From positions 20,770,001 through 20,834,000 of the forward strand of contig JBHGNT010000013.1 in the NCBI GenBank assembly GCA_043228905.1: 64,000 nucleotides of DNA. Reading direction: 5' to 3'. The stretch is from Azolla caroliniana. Taxonomy: Eukaryota > Plantae > Polypodiophyta. The stretch's first letter is position 1. Each line of letters begins with the position of its first letter. Below the pieces are notes generated by a model. That model was not told the origin of the DNA. It did no database searches and saw only the letters and a program-made list of their open reading frames with translations. Below, piece after piece: positions 61,001 through 64,000 of the stretch. The position numbers and the translations under genes are program-made.

Positions 61001-62181
61001 ATGATTAAAAAAGTCAATTCAGTTGATGGAAATCAAAACCTCCTGAACATGAAGCCAAATACACATAACAGTTATGTGCCCTTGTTTTACGGTCAATTGC
61101 ACTTGAATGCCACAATTACATGAGACTAAGCATGCAGTATGATCCTCACAAATATGATCCTCACAAATATGATCCTCACAAATATGATCCTCATTTGCAG
61201 AAAATAGTTCACAAAACAAAGTCTAAATACAAAATGAAGCCAACGGTTATACCTTCTCTACATATTGCTCCCTTGTGACTAAGCCAACGGTTTCCTTCTT
61301 GAATGCAGTCTCCAGAATCTATCAGTTTAAAACAAACTTGTTAAGACAGATCTTTAGGCATGCATCTAACTATGAGAAATAAATCAATTAAAAAACATTG
61401 CATACAGCAGCCTTCCTCTCTCCATGTGGCAAAGACACACAAAAATGGGGGGAGGGGTTTTAACCATCTTAAAAATAGCATTAAAACCCCAAATTTGATA
61501 TAATGGATCATCTCTTAATGTTGGAGAGAGACAAAAAATAACCACCTTAGTGCCTACACATGTATAACCCTAACTTTGTAAGAAAAAAGGGGAGGAAAAA
61601 GGGAACCACCTTAATGCTAACACATCAAAAATCCTAAATTGAGGAAACACTTTTCCTCTCCCAATATTACAGAGTTCCACAACAGAAAAGAATGCGAAAA
61701 ATTAGCACCTTAATGCGTATACATTAAACCTTAAACCTGCCCAGAAAGAAGGCAAAAACAATTCACCTTGATTCCTACACAATAGAAATCCCAGAAGAGA
61801 AAAAAATAAGCTGAAGAATAACCCTAAAATTGGGGATTTCCTGTAAATTAATTGATAGAGCCACCACAGAATAAGGTAGAAAAATTAACCATCCACACAA
61901 CATGAAAGAAGTAGGAAAAGGGAATCTTTGCTTCCCTACAATCAAAAATAAAAAATAAACGATAAATAAACAACCACAAATACCGAAAAAGCTATGTATT
62001 ACAAACATATAAATACCTCGGAGGTGCTAGAACCGAACTGGAGGAGACCTGTTTGGCCTCCAGACGACTTGTTCTTGAGCTCCTCGATCTTTTTCCTCTC
62101 CGCTTCTCTCTGTTTCTCGAGGCGCCGGATGCGAGCTGCATCCTGGGCCGTCCCGACGTAGCCATCCCCCATCCCCGACAT
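55037..62181 (-). CDS. XCT: XAP5 CIRCADIAN TIMEKEEPER (FAM50/XAP5); exons 62181-62017, 61318-61253, 56943-56879, 56789-56684, 56424-56346, 56249-56173, 56085-56024, 55928-55797, 55613-55560, 55474-55409, 55276-55202, 55087-55037
   Basis: [130 protein letters not shown]|[16 protein letters not shown]. All introns are GT-AG and in frame. Confidence 0.97.
58190..60650 (+). mobile_element. copia-derived composite in XCT intron 2: internal relic, PPT, LTR (59058-59505), PBS, gag, RT relic
   Basis: [13 protein letters not shown] (gag UBN2-like); TGAGGGA followed by TGTA...TACA; TGGTATCAGAGCC (tRNA-Met PBS, 59508-59520); [13 protein letters not shown] (gag); [10 protein letters not shown] (RT). Confidence 0.8.
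61139..61193. repeat. 15-bp minisatellite ATGATCCTCACAAAT, about 3.6 copies
   Basis: Directly visible. Confidence 0.9.
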
Positions 62182-63625
62182 CTTTCTCTCACTGTCTCTC
62201 TCAGTCTACTTCGAATAATATGCGTATACACAGAGAGGCAAGCGAACAACGAAACTTCAGAAACCCTAAAATGTGCTGTAATGCGAGCTGCCTGTGTCTG
62301 TCTGTGTGCTGTGTCTGCATCTGTCGCACATAAATCATAAAGAGTTAAAGGTGAACAATTAATTACTGTGTTAGTCTCTGTTATTTTGGGGGTTAGGTCT
62401 CTCTCTTTATTATTTATTTTGCATGAAAAAAGCCAATGAACCATCCCATCCATCCATCCTCCTAATCGGAACCCATGGGTTATCGTATAAATATATGTAC
62501 ACATATATCATCATCGATGCCGCCACATCCTATATGGCCTTCAGTGATAGAGCTATCCTTTTGATGTCCATGGAAGACCGATTGTGAATCGTGATCCCAT
62601 CATAATGGGCCTAGGGATAAGTTGTCTACTAACTTACCATTAGGGTAAGGTAATTCTGATAGAGTAAGAGAAGCTCACATTCTAAACCCCTGAAAATTTC
62701 AATGTCGTGTAATAAAATTAGTGAGATTCCGAACCTCAATGCATGGATTAAATATATACATATATAGAATTTTGACTAATCATTTGAATGCCACCACCCA
62801 AATTATAAATTAAAGACGATGTGGGTATTTTCAAAGTTTCGTGAAAATGCCATTCTACTTTAATGGCATCAGTCAATCTCTAGATTTTTTCATATGCCTA
62901 GAGAGTACTGCTACCTATGAGCGACAATTTCAAACACATTACCCTTTCTCACCTAGGCTTCAATAACCTTAAGCCATATATAGAACACCAATGATAAATG
63001 TATCCTCTGAGCCTTACAAGGGCAACCATGTTTAAGATCTTCATGATTGGCAAAGGATGACCTCAATAGAATATATTTTGTTTGTGTAAAAGATGTTAAC
63101 ATATGTAGCTTGTCTATTTCCTTGTAGTTGTCCCTTGTACAAGCATCTTGGGTTTATGTGCATGTAAATTGGATTGCAATTTTGTTTTATGGGCATCCTC
63201 AATTTATTTCATTGTTAGTGCACTTTTATTTTTGGGCAATGAATGATTTGATATAAGTTGCATGTATAACATCCATGCACAATTCTAGAAGAGAGTGACG
63301 ATATTTAATGGCAAGCCATTTACCATAGATACCCTTGGAGTTCATGATAATTGTAAAGGTATTGAATTGTAAACCATGGGAGACAAAGTTGTGCATGCTA
63401 AGGGAAACTAAGGGAAACCAATGTAATTTGGATGTTACTTTTTAACATAAAAATTCAACCAATTTCTCATCCACCATATGTTTAGAGGCTTCTATTCCAC
63501 AAAAGTATGGAATAGCATGACAACAATTTAACATAAACTAATGTTTCTTATAAGTGATAGCCTCCACCCCAAGGAAAGCTACCGAGGTGGTAAAAGGCTC
63601 CAACTATTACGCTGTTAAGTTTCAC

Positions 63626-64000
63626 CTTGAACCGAACCAAAGCGCGAAACCACGGCTTAACGGTTTAAACGGTTCGGTTCGGTTTCGGTTTCAACTGTTA
63701 GAAACCGTGGTTTTAACGATTTAACTATTTATTTATTTTATCTTTTTGTTTTTATTTTTATTTTCAAAAAATTCAAAATTTTGTTTTTTAACAATTTTTT
63801 CATTTTCATGCCTTATTCTCACATTTTAGGAAAATCTTTAAAATTTTGAAATTTTAAATAATCAAATATTTCAAATTTGAATTTTGACCTAAGTTGAAAA
63901 CCGAAACCGAACCATGAAACCATGGATTTCTCGGTTTAATGGCTTAATAGTTTGAAAACATTTTAATGGTTCGGTTTAACGGTTTCGTGGTTCGGTTCAA
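63626..64000. mobile_element. AACCG/CGGTT-rich hAT-like element, running off the window
   Basis: Dense GAACCG/CGGTTC motifs in both orientations around an AT-rich core. Confidence 0.6.

Noticed and set aside
63494-63517. Short hairpin CTATTCCA...TGGAATAG as a terminator or Helitron end
   Set aside because: The stem is too short and there is no adjacent CTRR terminus.

Overview
Eukaryotic, AT-rich land-plant nuclear DNA with spliceosomal introns, many microsatellites and decayed transposons. The LINE type and repeat style hint at a fern or another non-flowering plant, but that is inference only. Seven protein-coding genes can be modelled by hand: (1) a fasciclin (FAS1)-domain/FLA-like protein (+), (2) a GT14 GlcAT14-type beta-glucuronosyltransferase (+, 4 exons), (3) a universal stress protein A-like gene (+, 4 exons, one GC-AG intron), (4) an ATL-type RING-H2 E3 ligase (-, 3 coding exons), (5) an At5g03900-like chloroplast membrane protein (+, 13 exons), (6) an acidic, single-TM orphan ORF with a candidate ATG8-interacting motif (-), and (7) XAP5 CIRCADIAN TIMEKEEPER (XCT, -, 12 coding exons). 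Introns and intergenic space hold Ty1/copia relics, two solo LTRs with exact 5-bp TSDs, a Mutator-like hairpin MITE with a 9-bp TSD, hAT-like AAACCG-rich elements, LINE relics and recent tandem duplications. I see no prokaryotic-style system, CRISPR array or RNA gene. The most unusual signals are an intron built from degenerate tandem copies of its own 5' splice-site region, a PPT-LTR-PBS shared-LTR copia junction, the ATI-like orphan protein, and a probable 6.5-kb TE-filled 5'UTR intron with a uORF in the ATL gene.
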